Shown: positions 39,960-52,808 of the stretch, piece after piece
Layout of the letters: each line of letters begins with the position of its first letter
Numbering within the stretch: the stretch's first letter is position 1
Assembly (NCBI GenBank): GCA_943788985.1
Contig: CALSSJ010000020.1
Span: forward strand, 24,613-88,612
Direction of reading: 5' to 3'
From: an uncultured Lentisphaerales bacterium
Lineage (GTDB): Bacteria > Verrucomicrobiota > Lentisphaeria > JABSQK01 > UBA12247
Length of the DNA stretch: 64,000 nucleotides
Translations under genes and position numbers: made by a program
Notes under the pieces: generated by a model
Told to the model about the DNA's origin: nothing
Seen by the model: only the letters and a program-made list of their open reading frames with translations
The model's database searches: none

Positions 39960-41030
39960 CCTGAGTCCGGGCGGCCATTCCCTCAGCTTCTTCTTCGCGG
40001 TTTTGATGAACGGCCCGACTTTCTTGTCCTCCCTCCGCTTCTTCCATTCGGAGAGATCGTGACATTCGCCTCCTTCTCGAGTTTCAGGTAACTCCTGTAC
40101 CGCTTTTCGCTCAAGGATCCACTGGCCAAAGCCTGCAAGATTGCGCATCCAGGCTCTTGACCGTGGCTGCAGTTCGAGAACCGGCAGTTCAGCGCAAGCT
40201 CGCTCACGTCTGCAAAGTTATCTTGCACCGCCTCGGACGCTCCGATAACCCCGGGCTCGCGCATTCCCGGGGTGTCGATCAGCATAGCGCCTCCCTCAAG
40301 GACCAGCAGATGCCGACGTGTCGTTGTATGCACCCCCTCCCCGCTCCCCCCGACCGCCTTTGTCTCAAATGCATTTCTTCCGATCAGCCGGTTGATCAGC
40401 GTGGTCTTGCCAACTCCAGAGGAGCCAAGAAGGCAATACGTCTTGCCAGGACCAAGCAGCGCCCGGAAATCATCAACCCCTACCCCGCTCACGTTGCTTA
40501 ACGGAATCGTCGGGACGGAAAAGCCTGCTGCGGCAAGCTGCGCAACCCTCTGCTCAAGTTCCACGGGTGAGACCATATCCGTCTTACTTAGGACGATCCG
40601 TGCTTCAGTCTGGCCTTCGGCTGCCATCATGAGATAGCGCTCGAGCCTATCCATGTTGAAATCGTAGTCACAGCCTTGCACGATAAATGCGACGTCGATG
40701 TTGGACGCCAGCATCTGAAACTCGCCCGTGCTGGCGCGCTTGCGCCGGAGGTGCGTCTTTCTCGGCACGACTGCGTGAATCAGGACCGATCCTTCAGACG
40801 CAGGCCACTGCGCACAGACCCAGTCCCCCACGCATGGCAGGTCCATCGCTGCCTGGGTTTCAAAACGCAACTTGCCAGCAAGCTCGGCGTACTGCTCGGC
40901 GCCTCGGCTCCTGATCAGAAACCCGCCCCTATCCACGGCCCGTGACGCGCGCCATGCCCTGGCCCACGTCCAAAACAGAAGCCGCACGTTGCTCAAACCA
41001 GCCGTCAAATCCTAAATCGGTCAATTCCAT
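39960..41030 (-). pseudogene. rsgA: Ribosome small subunit-dependent GTPase A (RsgA), frameshifted at both ends
   Basis: VGDWV, LSKTD, GSSGVGKTT, HTTTRR, IDTPGMRE, CRFSNCSHGQEPGC; MELTDLGFDGWF N-terminus (ATG 41030) out of frame at about 40940; C-terminal shift at about 40065. Confidence 0.8.
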
Positions 41031-41128
41031 AGTCTTCTCTTTCCCGAACGCGAGACATCACCAACAGCAAAAGACAGAGCGCCGAACGAGCGACTCTTAT
41101 TCCTGCCGAATGGATGTGATTGTTAGAT

Positions 41129-41837
41129 CTAATCAGTACATTTCGCAAATACTACATCTGCAAACCGTGGCCTAATCTCTTTGGCTGAGTGTCCGATCGC
41201 TAGGATAGAAAACAGTCGAAATCCCTTCTCAGCCATAAAAGTCATCAATTCGTCAAACTCGTAACAGTTTTCAAACCTCTTTGCAATAGATGCTTCAGCA
41301 ATCACGAAATCTGTGGACTCCAATAAGACACTTGCCCCCCCTTAGAACATTTAGCTCATTTCCCTCTGTGTCAATCTTCAACACCAGAGGACGTTCCAGC
41401 ATTTCGGGAGGGCCAAGCAGATCATCGAGCGTTGTCATCTCGATCATTCTCTTCTCTATCCGATGATCTCTCATCGTCAGCTCTGATCTCTCAAAGTGAC
41501 TACTCAATTGCAGCGCGTCCAAATCCACATCCAATTCAATTATTTTGTTTTCCTGACCGGCGGCTTTATAATGCACCGTACCTTCATATTTTGCCAGAAT
41601 CTTGGCTATCGCATTTCGATACTCTTCAACAGGCTCGACCAAGACAAAATGCGCCGCTGGAAATGCCTCATATAATGAATGTGTACCGTAACCAACTCCG
41701 ACGTCAATCACGGTTTTCGGAGTGCACATTTTCGAAAGGTAATCTGGATTGTATAAGTTAAATCCTCCAGCACCGTCTTTCTTCGCTAACCTGTATCCAA
41801 GTTTAGCCAAAGCACCATTCATTATTTTCTTTAGCAT
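41129..41837 (-). pseudogene. FkbM family methyltransferase, frameshifted in a C run (41335-41341); AT-rich
   Basis: VIDVGVGYG, VLVEP, TLDD, LKIDTEGNELNVLRG, then shifted FVIAEAS..GFRL..FADVVF. Confidence 0.8.
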
Positions 41838-42005
41838 TTGTGTATCTATCCCCTTCTCAATGTAGGCACCCAATGGTCAGTTGGCGCTGCGGCGATGGCC
41901 GTCAGAAGTGAAGGGCCGGGCTCGAGTTTCCTGTTTCGCTTGACCGACAGTAGGCGCAAGGTGCGGACTTCGCAAGGGATGCCGCCGGCCACAGGAGACG
42001 AGCCC

Positions 42006-44104
42006 TCAGAGTTCCTTGATCCGGACGTTGCGGAAGGTGATGTCCTGACCGTGGTACTGGAGGCCAAGATGGCCCTTGCGGGGCATGCTTCCGTAGGCGT
42101 ACTTGAACTTGTTCCGGGAGCCATCTGGATTTTTCCCAGCCGTTGTCCACTTGCTCAGGTCAGCATCAAGGATGCGTTCGCCATTGAGTTCCACCAGGAT
42201 GCGGTCTGCTTTGGCGATCACGGTGTAGTGGTTCCATTCTCCGACCGGCTTCACCGCATACTTCGTCGGTGCCAGGCAGTCGAAGATGCTTCCGCAGATA
42301 TGCTTCTTATTGGCGCTATTTGCTTGCAGCACCTGCACTTCGATCGCCCGATGGAGCCACTTCTTGATGTTGTCGCAACGAATGAAGACGCCGCTGTTGG
42401 TGTTGGCAACGCACTTGAATTCAAGATCGATGACAAAGTCGCTGTATTGTTTCTTCGTCCAAATGTCGCCCTTACCTTGCGGCTTGAGCACGCCGTCGGC
42501 AGATAGGGTCCAGCCGCCCTCTTGCATGATGGCGTCCGAGAGGTCGGGGCTGAAGACCGGGGAATATCCCTTGGGCTCACGAGCCAGCGCGAAGAGCGCA
42601 GCTATGTCCAGCGAAGTAGATTTCTTCTTTGCTGTACGCTTGACGAGAAGTTCAATCTCGCCAAGTTGCGATTCTTCCGCGCCGCGATTCTGGGTCACGT
42701 TGAGTTTGTAGAATCGGCATGCCGCGGGCTCGCCAATCTTGTAGAGGTTGACAAAATGGCGTTTAGTGAAGTTTTCTTCCTTTCGTGTGTCCAGAACCGT
42801 CCAGGTGGCGCCATCCTGCGACCCGAGAAGCTGCCAGTTCCTTGGATCTCGTGCTGGTGCGTCGTTGGCGGACATGATGGTATACGCCGTCACCTTCGGG
42901 GCCATGCCCGCCGGAAAGCCGTATTGCACCCAGATCGTCGGCGTCTTGATGCACCACTTTGCCTCTGTGTTATCGAACGAATTGGTGAATGTCTCCCTCT
43001 CAAAGCCCTCGCCACTGGCAAGGATTTCTCCTTCGATGCCATCGGTCGCATCGACGTATCCTGCCAGAGCCGGCGCTTTCTGCAGCTTCTGCGTCTCCCA
43101 CTTCCCCGACGTCTCTAGATCGAGAGATGCCCAGGTACTGGCAATGTCGCGCGCCATACCAGCAGGCAGCGGCGCATCGCGCAGTAGTTTGTCGGCGTCA
43201 AGCGTGCGAGCCTTGAAGAAGTAGTCGGCGCAGGCTTTCACTGCCGGCGAAGGGTTGGCCGGGTCAGACTCGTACTCAATGGAGAAAAAGCCTTTGAATT
43301 CCTGTCTGCGCAGTTCGGCAAGAAGATCGTTGACCGCTGCGGCCCCCGTTCCGAAAGGAACGCAGTGACCATGCTTGGCTGGGGCATCGACGTCCTTGAG
43401 GTGGAACCAGCGAATCCGGCCCTGCAGGAGCTTAGCTGCATCTGTCCCGCGCAAGCCCGATCGTGCCCAGTGCCCGTTATCGGCACAGGCGCCGATCCGT
43501 GCGGTGCGTCCTTCGCAAGCGGCAAGCACGGTCGCCGGATCCCAGTATCTGGACGGTTTGGCATGGTTGTGGAGAGCCACGTTGATCTCGAACTCGTCAG
43601 CGAGAGCGCAGACCGCATCCAGGGCGTCCTGCGGTGGCTCCGTGCAGATCGTGCCAATGCCCATGGTCTGCGCGAAGCGGAAGATCTGGCGCCACTCGTC
43701 GGCATCCTTGCCGTTGACCACGCCATAGGCGACGAGGGTCACGTTTCGGCGCGATAGTTCGTCTCGCAAGCGCGCTGCTGCGTCGTCGGCCATGCTGTGG
43801 TGGAGCTTGCCCGGCAAGCGTGCCGCCAAGCTTCTGTCCAGGGTATGCTTCAATGTAGCGGATCCCCATCGAGGCGCAGGCATCGACCCGCCCTCCAGAA
43901 AACTGAACTTGCGATATGTGTAGGCCTGCACGGAGAGTTTCCAGCCTGAAGGCACAACCGGCGCTATCACCGGAGCAGGGCTGGGCTTGCCCGCCGTTTC
44001 CTCCACCGTCTTGAGTCCCGGAGTGCGACACCCCTGCCAGCAACAAGCAGGCAAGCATGGACGCCGCCCAGTGCTTGGAAATGAGTATTCTTAAAGGTGG
44101 GCAT
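42006..44104 (-). CDS. Lipoprotein: sugar-phosphate isomerase/epimerase TIM barrel + discoidin + DUF1080 (3-keto-disaccharide hydrolase) domains; several homopolymer frameshifts near the 5' end
   Basis: VALHNH, CADNGHW, HLKD, SIEYE; NDAPARDPRNWQLLGSQDG; NSGVF, EVQV, GEWN, GHLGLQYHG. The lipobox LLAGC is restored by removing one G. Confidence 0.82.
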
Positions 44105-44134
44105 GGATCGTTTTCTCTAGTGTGCGACTCGAGG

Positions 44135-45467
44135 CTAGAAGGTGCGGTAGGGATGGCGGACGTAGCGATTGGCTGCTGGCAGATTGGTGCAGGCCATGTC
44201 CTGCGCGTCCCATTCGATGCGCTGGCCCGTGCGAACCGACAGATTTCCCAACAGCACCATCTCGCTGAGGGGACCGGAGTAATCGAAGTTGGCACCTGGG
44301 GCGGGGCCGCCTTTGCAGGCTTCGATCCATTCCTGGTAGATGCCAGGCGACCGGGCGAGGGTTTTCGGGGGCCGCTCAAAGGTTTTCATCTTGGCTTCGG
44401 GAATGATGCGTGCACTCTTGCAGTACACATCCGAAGCCATGATCGTCCCCTTCTCGCCGTAGAAGAGTTGGCCGCCGATGCCGCCTGGGAGGTTGCGTTC
44501 TGCCTCCAAGGCCTCGGGCCGCTCGGGCGTCTTATTGCCGTCATGCCAGACGAGTTTTACCGGCGGCTTGTCGCCGCGGGCCGGGAACTGATAGGTAACC
44601 ACCGACCATTCCGGCGCCGTAAAGTCCGTGCCGCCCCTCGGAAATGCTCTCTACACTGGTCGGTGCGCCCAGCTCCAGCGTATGGAACGCGGCATCCATG
44701 GCATGGCAACCGATATCGCCCAGCGCGCCGCAGCCAAAGTCCCACCAACCGCGCCATTTGAATGGTGCATAAACGCTGCTGTAGGGACGTGCTTTGGCCG
44801 TGCCCAACCACAGATTCCAGTCCAAGTTCGCTGGTGGCGCTTCTTCCTCTTGGGGCCACTGCACGCCCTGTGGCCAGATCGGACGATTGGTCCAGCAATG
44901 CACTTCCCGGACGGGGCCGATCGCATCGGCGTCGAGCCACTCCTGCAAGAGTCGGATTCCCTCTCCGCAATGCCCTTGGATCCCCATCTGCGTAATGACC
45001 TTGTGCCGGCGGGCCGCGAGCGTAAGCTCACGCGCTTCCCAGACGGTATGGGCGAGAGGCTTCTGGACGAACACATGTTTGCCCATCTCGATGGCCATCA
45101 TCGCCACCGGAAAATGCATGTGGTCCGGCGTACTGACGGTAACCGCATCGATCTCATCGTCCATATCAAGGAGCATCTTGCGGTAGTCTTTGTAGCGTTC
45201 GGCCTTGGGGAAGGCCGAGAACGTCTTCCCAGCGCGCGCGGCGTCCACATCGCACAACGCCACAATGGCCTCACCTGACACGCCGCGAACGTCGCTGGAT
45301 CCCTTACCCCCGCAGCCGACACAGGCGATGCGCAGTTTCTCGTCCTTGTGCACCATCCGTCCCAGGCGCAGGTCTTCGTTCGCGAAAAGCGTGGTGCCGG
45401 GAAGAGTCGCCACGCCGACGCCGGCGAGTCTGAGAAATTCACGCCGGGCAAGACGGTCCAGGTTCAT
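44135..45467 (-). CDS. Gfo/Idh/MocA family oxidoreductase with Tat signal; one frameshift at about 44635
   Basis: ARREFL, ACVGCGGKG, TPDHMH, FVQKPLA, WRGWWDFGCGALGDIGCH, continuing VTYQFP..WHDG..LGNL. Confidence 0.88.
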
Positions 45468-45959
45468 ATCGATCTCCTTGAGCTACGGGCCGAAAACGCA
45501 CGCCTTCGGTTTGGGTGGGGTGGGGAACATAGACCATGCCGCCGCTGGCCGCGATCCGCCTGCCTGTTTCGGGAGGAGCCAGGAGAGGCACACGGCCTGT
45601 GGCTTGGGCATGCTGCCCCGCACACCACGCACATCTACGTGCAGTTCGACGTGGTCTCGACTGTGGCGGCCCCGTCGTAGTTCGGCAGGGTCCAGGAGAC
45701 GGCAGTGCGCCCAAGACAATCGGCGTGCCAGCGCAGTCGCAAGGGGTCTACCGTGAGTGGCTCGTCGTCGGCGGCCGGCGACAAACGCTGGCGGAATGGT
45801 TTGAAGCCAAGGGATTCGAGTTCGAGGAACATGGTCTGCGGCCAGACTTGGAAGGAAAAGCTGCCGTCGGCGCCGCTGGCCTGCATCTCCGGCGCGTTGT
45901 CGGTGGTCAGCCAGATGCTGTTGCCACTGCGGTTGGCGACGCATTGCGTATTTTTAGGA

Positions 45960-46010
45960 AGCCAGCGAGCCGCCAGCGCTCCCAGTGGGCGCAGTGCGCC
46001 GGTGCCCTAC
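45960..46010. repeat. REP-like palindromic units
   Basis: AGCCAGCGAGCCGCCAGCGCTCCC (45960-45983) resembles GGCTGGCGGGCCGCCAGCGCCCC (46186-46208); GGGCGCAG..GCCCTAC at 45987-46010 resembles 50903-50927. Confidence 0.4.
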
Positions 46011-46261
46011 CTACCACAGGACCTTCGTGCCAAGGTCTCGAAAGGGAATATCAGGGGTTAGGACGGTCATGCCTGATGACTGTGCTTGGGCGGCGAGCAG
46101 CCGATCGAACGGATCGCGGTGTATGTGTGAAAGTTCCCCGCAGAATGTGACGATAGTCGAAGCGCGAAAGAGTGCCAAGCAAGAAGGCTGGCGGGCCGCC
46201 AGCGCCCCTTTGGAGCAAGAACAACTCCCGCGGTGACCGCGAGAGCTGTTCTAAAGTCTGC

Positions 46262-46759
46262 TCAGCAGGCGGCGAGCGCTGCGTCGTAGTTGGGCTCTTG
46301 GGTGATCTCTGGTACCTGTTCGGTGTAGACGACGGTGCCGTCAGCACCGACCACGACAATCGCGCGGCTGAACAGAGCAGCCAAAGGGCCGTCGGCGATT
46401 GTCACGCCATAGTCTGCGCCAAAGTCGGAACCGCGGAACGCGGAAAGGTTCGAGACATCCTCGAGGCCTTCGCTCGAGCAGAAACGCCCCTGGGCAAACG
46501 GCAGGTCCAAGGACACGTTTACGACCACGGTGCCGTCACGGCCAGCAGCAAGCTCGTTGAAACGACGGGCTGATGTCTGGCAGACGCCGGTGTCCAGGCT
46601 TGGAACGATGTTTAAGACCACGGTCTTGCCGGCAAAGCTGGCCAGTGAAATTTCGGAGAGATCGCCACCGCAGAGAGTGAACGCGGGTGCTGCAGAACCG
46701 ACGGCCGGAAGCGTACCAACGGTGGAAATGGCGGAGCCTTTGAACGTGATGGAAGCCAT
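46262..46759 (-). CDS. tpx: Thiol peroxidase (atypical 2-Cys peroxiredoxin)
   Basis: NIVPSLDTGVC, SLDLPFAQGRFC, EQVPEITQEPNYD. Confidence 0.96.
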   Translation of the reverse strand: MASITFKGSAISTVGTLPAVGSAAPAFTLCGGDLSEISLASFAGKTVVLNIVPSLDTGVCQTSARRFNELAAGRDGTVVVNVSLDLPFAQGRFCSSEGLEDVSNLSAFRGSDFGADYGVTIADGPLAALFSRAIVVVGADGTVVYTEQVPEITQEPNYDAALAAC

Positions 46760-46870
46760 GAAAAATCCTCAATATGTTAAAAACACGCGAAACTGCCGCG
46801 GAATTAGGAAGACAACATAACAGAGCGCGCCTGATGTCAATCGAAATGCTGCGACTGATGCGGCGCTTGC

Positions 46871-49000
46871 TCAGGAGTCTGCGGGATTGAGCGCGTCCCG
46901 CACATAGTCCTGCGCCTGCACCGGCCAATCGGCTAAAGGGGCCCCACCGTAGCGAATTCTCTCCCAGGCAGTGATTAGCTCCCGTAGGCGCTGGGGATGC
47001 GGTGCCATGCCGACGATCGCCAGCTCTGCGTAGGCACGGGCGGTGAGGCAGCCATCGCGAGTTCCCGCATAGGGGACGAGTGCCCGCTCTAATTCGCGAA
47101 ATGCTTGGCTCGCCTGCCCAGCCGCGATTCGGCGAATCCGTCGGCCATGAATTTTCTTCCCGCCCAACCACAACAGGGCAATCACGATCGGCCAGCCAAT
47201 AAACCAAGGTCCGGTCCAGAGCAGAAAGCGCAGCCATTCCCAGAGTCTGGCTAATCCACTCAGGACGGCTTCGGCGAAGTAGCCGCGCTTTATTTTGGAA
47301 AACAAATCTACCCAGACGCCTATGGTGGCCTCCCTGATCTTGGCGAACAGCCCGGCCTCGGACTTCCCGTCCGGCACACCGGCGAGAGGGGTCGCCTCGA
47401 CGAGCAGCCAACGCCCGCTCTCCGCGTCGTAGGCTTCTGCCCAGGCATGGCAGTCTATCAATCGCGCGATCCATCCTTCCTCGAGCGGATGTGGCTCGCG
47501 ACAGACGAACCCTGACACGTAGCGGGTGGGGACATTCTGCATGCGCAGCATCATCACGACGCTGGTGGCAAAAAGCTCACAATGGCCTTCCTGGGACTGC
47601 TCAAGGAAGACGACAATGGGGTCATCATCGCTCTCAGGCTGGCGTTTGAGGGCGTACTCGCAGCGCCTCTGCAGAAAGGCGATGCTGGAGGCAATGCGCG
47701 CGCTTGTCGATGTGGCTGGCTCCCACTCAGGCAGATGCGGACGCAAGTAGTCTTGCAGATAATCGGGCACATAGAGATAGTCTGCGGGCAGCTCATTCAG
47801 ATCAAGGTGAGGCGCGGGAAGGGTGAACCGATCTGCCGGCGCGGAATAGGCTGTGTAGCCGCCGGCAAGGTCGATCTCGCCAGGGATAAACTCGTCGTTG
47901 CGATTGGACTGCATGGTAGCGGCGATGAGTTCGACGCCGTAGCTGCCGCCGGGCATAATGAGCTGGTTCAAGTCCAAGCCATTGGTGGGGTGAATCTGCA
48001 CGATGTGGTCCGGCGGGATGGTCTCTGCGGATCGAGTTGGCTCATGAAAGAAGCGTCTGGATGCCAGTGTTTCGTCTTCCTCCGCCGACAGCTTGCGGGT
48101 GGCACCAGCACCAGCCCAGCGACCGCCCTCGTAGACCTCGTAGACAAAGCCACGCAAATAGCCCGGTTCTTGCTGACTAAAGGCTCGAACTACGATCTTC
48201 CCTTTGTTGTTCTGCACGTAGGGGTGAAGTTTGCGATTCAGGTCGATGTTTCCGACGAACAGCACCTGGCTATGGACCATCTCCATGTAGCGTCGAAACA
48301 CGTCGCGGAAGAATGGATCGAGCGTACTGCTGACCGCATTGGCGGAAAACCCGCCGATGAGGCAGAGAATGATGATCGATGCCAGGGCGGTAGAGCGCCA
48401 CCGAAGCCGGCTTCGGGCTGCCTGCACCTCAAGGCGAGCGGGCCGCCGCAGGCGCAGCGAGCTAACGAGCAATGGCACAATGACCACAGTGAGTGCGCTC
48501 GCAGCCACGCCGAAGACCATAAAGCGCTCGCGGAAGACGCGAGGCAACCCCTCGAAACGCTCAAACATGGGCAGACTGAGCGCACTACCCAAAACGAACA
48601 AGACCATGCATTGCGCAGCCATGCTGGCAGCGATCGTGGTCGGATGCTGCGCCAGAAACAGCAAGGTGACGCACAGCACCAGAAGAAAAGGAACCAAGTG
48701 TTCCACGGACGGAAAGAAGAAACGATCGGGGTCGATGGGATAGGCGAGGTTCAAAAAGAATGCGAGCACCATGGGCGCGGTGACGGTGTATACAGCAGAC
48801 CGAGCAGTCACATGCAAAGAGCGCGGAACGGCCGCGACGACGCAAAGCGCCGGGACCATGACCACTAGATACATCGGCGCATCGGCCATGATCGCGGCGG
48901 TGCACGTGACGATCAGAACGCCCAGCGACTGCGTGGCGGCCAACCACCGAGATCGGGAACCGGGCGCAATGATGGTACGTTCTTCGAGTGTTTTCCCCAT
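46871..49000 (-). CDS. Membrane transglutaminase-like protein (TgpA/DUF3488 type)
   Basis: N-terminal TMs; YLRG; GHCELFATS; RYVSGF; HAWAEAY; EATP. Confidence 0.85.
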   Translation of the reverse strand: MGKTLEERTIIAPGSRSRWLAATQSLGVLIVTCTAAIMADAPMYLVVMVPALCVVAAVPRSLHVTARSAVYTVTAPMVLAFFLNLAYPIDPDRFFFPSVEHLVPFLLVLCVTLLFLAQHPTTIAASMAAQCMVLFVLGSALSLPMFERFEGLPRVFRERFMVFGVAASALTVVIVPLLVSSLRLRRPARLEVQAARSRLRWRSTALASIIILCLIGGFSANAVSSTLDPFFRDVFRRYMEMVHSQVLFVGNIDLNRKLHPYVQNNKGKIVVRAFSQQEPGYLRGFVYEVYEGGRWAGAGATRKLSAEEDETLASRRFFHEPTRSAETIPPDHIVQIHPTNGLDLNQLIMPGGSYGVELIAATMQSNRNDEFIPGEIDLAGGYTAYSAPADRFTLPAPHLDLNELPADYLYVPDYLQDYLRPHLPEWEPATSTSARIASSIAFLQRRCEYALKRQPESDDDPIVVFLEQSQEGHCELFATSVVMMLRMQNVPTRYVSGFVCREPHPLEEGWIARLIDCHAWAEAYDAESGRWLLVEATPLAGVPDGKSEAGLFAKIREATIGVWVDLFSKIKRGYFAEAVLSGLARLWEWLRFLLWTGPWFIGWPIVIALLWLGGKKIHGRRIRRIAAGQASQAFRELERALVPYAGTRDGCLTARAYAELAIVGMAPHPQRLRELITAWERIRYGGAPLADWPVQAQDYVRDALNPADS

Positions 49001-49005
49001 TCTAG

Positions 49006-50445
<1,440 letters not shown>

Positions 50446-50485
50446 TTCTTGGACCTCGCGCCATCCACCCCACAAGAGAAGTAGA

Positions 50486-50878
50486 ATGAAGAAGCTCTTG
50501 CCCTTCATGTTCATCGTCGGCCTTTGCGCCACATCCATCAGCCAAGCGGCCGAGCCATTGGCAGAGGAAAACGTCGCAGAGCTGGAGATGTGCTATATCT
50601 CAAGGGGCAGTGGCACCAAGTGGCACGCGATCAAGACGTGCCACGCGCTCAAAAAATCCAAGAACGTTCAGCATTTGAACATCGAGGATGCTGTTGGGCG
50701 TGGCCGCGGCAAGCGCTGGAATTCGCCCTGCAAGTTCTGCTTGAACAAGCTGAAAAAGGACGAGCGTTTCGCCGAGAAACTGGAAGAGGTCAAGAGCCAT
50801 CTTCCTGAAGCGAAACCCGCTCCCGAAGAAGCAGCTGTCCCTGCAGCCGCAGAAGAGAAACCCGCCGACGGCGAATAG
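50486..50878 (+). CDS. Small secreted protein with putative His/Cys zinc-binding motif
   Basis: Signal peptide; GTKWH...C..L...PCKFC. Confidence 0.65.
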   Translation: MKKLLPFMFIVGLCATSISQAAEPLAEENVAELEMCYISRGSGTKWHAIKTCHALKKSKNVQHLNIEDAVGRGRGKRWNSPCKFCLNKLKKDERFAEKLEEVKSHLPEAKPAPEEAAVPAAAEEKPADGE

Positions 50879-50902
50879 GCAATCCCGGGACGATGGCGGA
50901 TT

Positions 50903-50927
50903 GGGCGCAGCGGGAGCTGCGCCCTAC
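50903..50927 (-). repeat. GTAG-type REP-like hairpin / possible terminator
   Basis: Minus strand GTAGGGCGCAGC-TCCC-GCTGCGCCC, a perfect 9-bp stem. Confidence 0.55.
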
Positions 50928-51720
50928 GTTTCAATGGCACTGACCTAGTGTGGCGTGTCACAAATTCGTCGGATAAAGGGCGGCCCTTTCGGCGCTCCGC
51001 CGCGCTAGCGACACCTCGCCGATGGTCCAGCAGCCCGTCGGACTGCTAGGGGTGATCGTAGGTCTACTATGCTGATTGGAGGCAATCACAATCACATCCC
51101 TGTGGGGGTTGGCTACCTTTAAGTTCGCATTCGAAGGAATTCCGTGAGTAAGAGACGGTAGCTTGGCTCTCTGAGCCGAGTTGCGATGGTCTCGGAGGAC
51201 GAGGAAACGGACGCGGGGCGGAGATCCAACGCTACTTTCTGGCGGATGCCACGCAGCGGGAAGTACCGAAGGCCGTGCTTCCCCGAACCACACAGAATCT
51301 GCTCCAACACGGTGTACACCACTGCCCGATTGAGTTGCGGACGGCAACAGAATGTACGCACCATTCAGCAGCAACTTATCCTGCTGTTCAGTCATGTGCG
51401 TAGCTTAAATATCACGCGGCTCGACCCAATGTACGATGCAGAAAAGGAGCAGGCGTTCCTGCATAGCCGCGAACACGAACTGATGCCAGAGCTCGAGCTA
51501 GATCACGCCATGTACTTAAACCCGCAATGGGAACCGAATGCTGACTGGTGGGGAAGCCAAGTTGTCGTAGGCTAGCTCTCCCCACAGGCCCGGAATCTAC
51601 CTCGCCGAACGGGGGTACAGAGCAGGCCATAAGCCTTTGCTAGGCCGGGAAGATGCCGGGTAAATCGTGCGCGTCGCCGTAGTGTTCGCGCTTGCCCGCT
51701 CAACGGAATAGGATTTCCCT

Positions 51721-52803
51721 GTGTTCGAACAACAACTCCACGAGTTCATGCAGAATCAGTCCTCGCTGATTCTGGTAGTCATCCTGGTCATCGCCATCAT
51801 TCTGCTTGCCAAAGGCGCAGATATGGTGGTCTCGTCAGCGGTGGCTTTAGCTTTGCGCTGGAAGCTTCCGAAAGTCGTGGTTGGTGCCACAGTAGTGAGT
51901 CTCGGGACCACCCTCCCGGAGACAATGATCTCGGTTCTGGCGGCGGTCAAAGGAGACCCCGGGCTCGCGCTTGGCAACGCCGTGGGTTCCATCATCTGCG
52001 ACACCGGCTTGATCCTCGGCATCGCGGCGACAATCTCTCCCCTGCCGCTGAACCGCAGCGTCGTGAATCGCCAGGGCTGGCTACAGCTGGGCGCTGGCTT
52101 CCTGCTGGTCATTGCCTGCATTCCGTGGTCATCGCCTGCTGCGGCTCTGACCACCGGCGGCGGCCTATCACGATTCGCCGGCATGCTGTTTCTGGTATTG
52201 CTGGTGGCCTACATTATGCTCACGATCCGCTGGTCCCGCTCAAGCGGCGGCGAAGAACACCTCGAAGGCGAGGAAGATGCCAATGCTGCCTTGCCGGGGG
52301 TGATTCTGCGCCTGATTGTTGGCTTATCGCTGGTGATTGTAAGCTCACACCTGCTGATTCCTGCGGCGCAGATTCTGGCTGCACGCCTTGGTGTGCCAGA
52401 CGCGGTGGTCGCAGCGACCATGGTCGCCCTAGGCACCTCACTGCCCGAGTTGGTCACGGCCCTACAGGCTGTGCGCCGCAACCATGGCGATCTCGCAATT
52501 GGCAACGTGATCGGGGCCGACATCCTAAACGTCCTGTTTGTAGCCGGTGCCTCCGCCGCAGTCGTTCCGGGCGGGCTGTCTGCAGAGCCGCAATTTTTTC
52601 TCGTGATGTTCCCCGTGATGCTCGTCGTCCTGATCGTCTTCCGGGTCGGCATCATGATTTCGGGTGCCACGCTCAAGCGTGGCGTGGGCATCGCTCTACT
52701 GGTCTGCTATGCGATCGCTATGCCGTTGATGTACCTCACCAGCTCTGGTGCAGACGGGCACGATGACGCCACACCGGCTGCCGCGCCTGCCGCTCACAAC
52801 TGA
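51721..52803 (+). CDS. Calcium/sodium antiporter (YrbG family)
   Basis: Two alpha repeats, SLGTTLPE..GNAVGS and ALGTSLPE..GNVIGADILN. Confidence 0.93.
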   Translation: MFEQQLHEFMQNQSSLILVVILVIAIILLAKGADMVVSSAVALALRWKLPKVVVGATVVSLGTTLPETMISVLAAVKGDPGLALGNAVGSIICDTGLILGIAATISPLPLNRSVVNRQGWLQLGAGFLLVIACIPWSSPAAALTTGGGLSRFAGMLFLVLLVAYIMLTIRWSRSSGGEEHLEGEEDANAALPGVILRLIVGLSLVIVSSHLLIPAAQILAARLGVPDAVVAATMVALGTSLPELVTALQAVRRNHGDLAIGNVIGADILNVLFVAGASAAVVPGGLSAEPQFFLVMFPVMLVVLIVFRVGIMISGATLKRGVGIALLVCYAIAMPLMYLTSSGADGHDDATPAAAPAAHN

Positions 52804-52808
52804 CCGCT

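Noticed and set aside
45483..45944. Possible carboxypeptidase-regulatory-like gene remnant upstream of the oxidoreductase
   Set aside because: Only weak resemblance (ASGADGSFSF) across broken frames; not enough to support a call.
47582..48868. 428-aa plus-strand ORF
   Set aside because: Antisense shadow of the transglutaminase gene in GC-rich DNA; no recognisable motifs.
32662..49000. MoxR and transglutaminase as one MoxR-DUF58-TgpA operon split by insertion
   Set aside because: No DUF58 is present, the gene order does not fit, and 13 kb of unrelated genes intervene.
50958..51630. Short ORFs between the 50486 gene and the antiporter
   Set aside because: No recognisable motifs or convincing starts; possibly remnants but unassignable.
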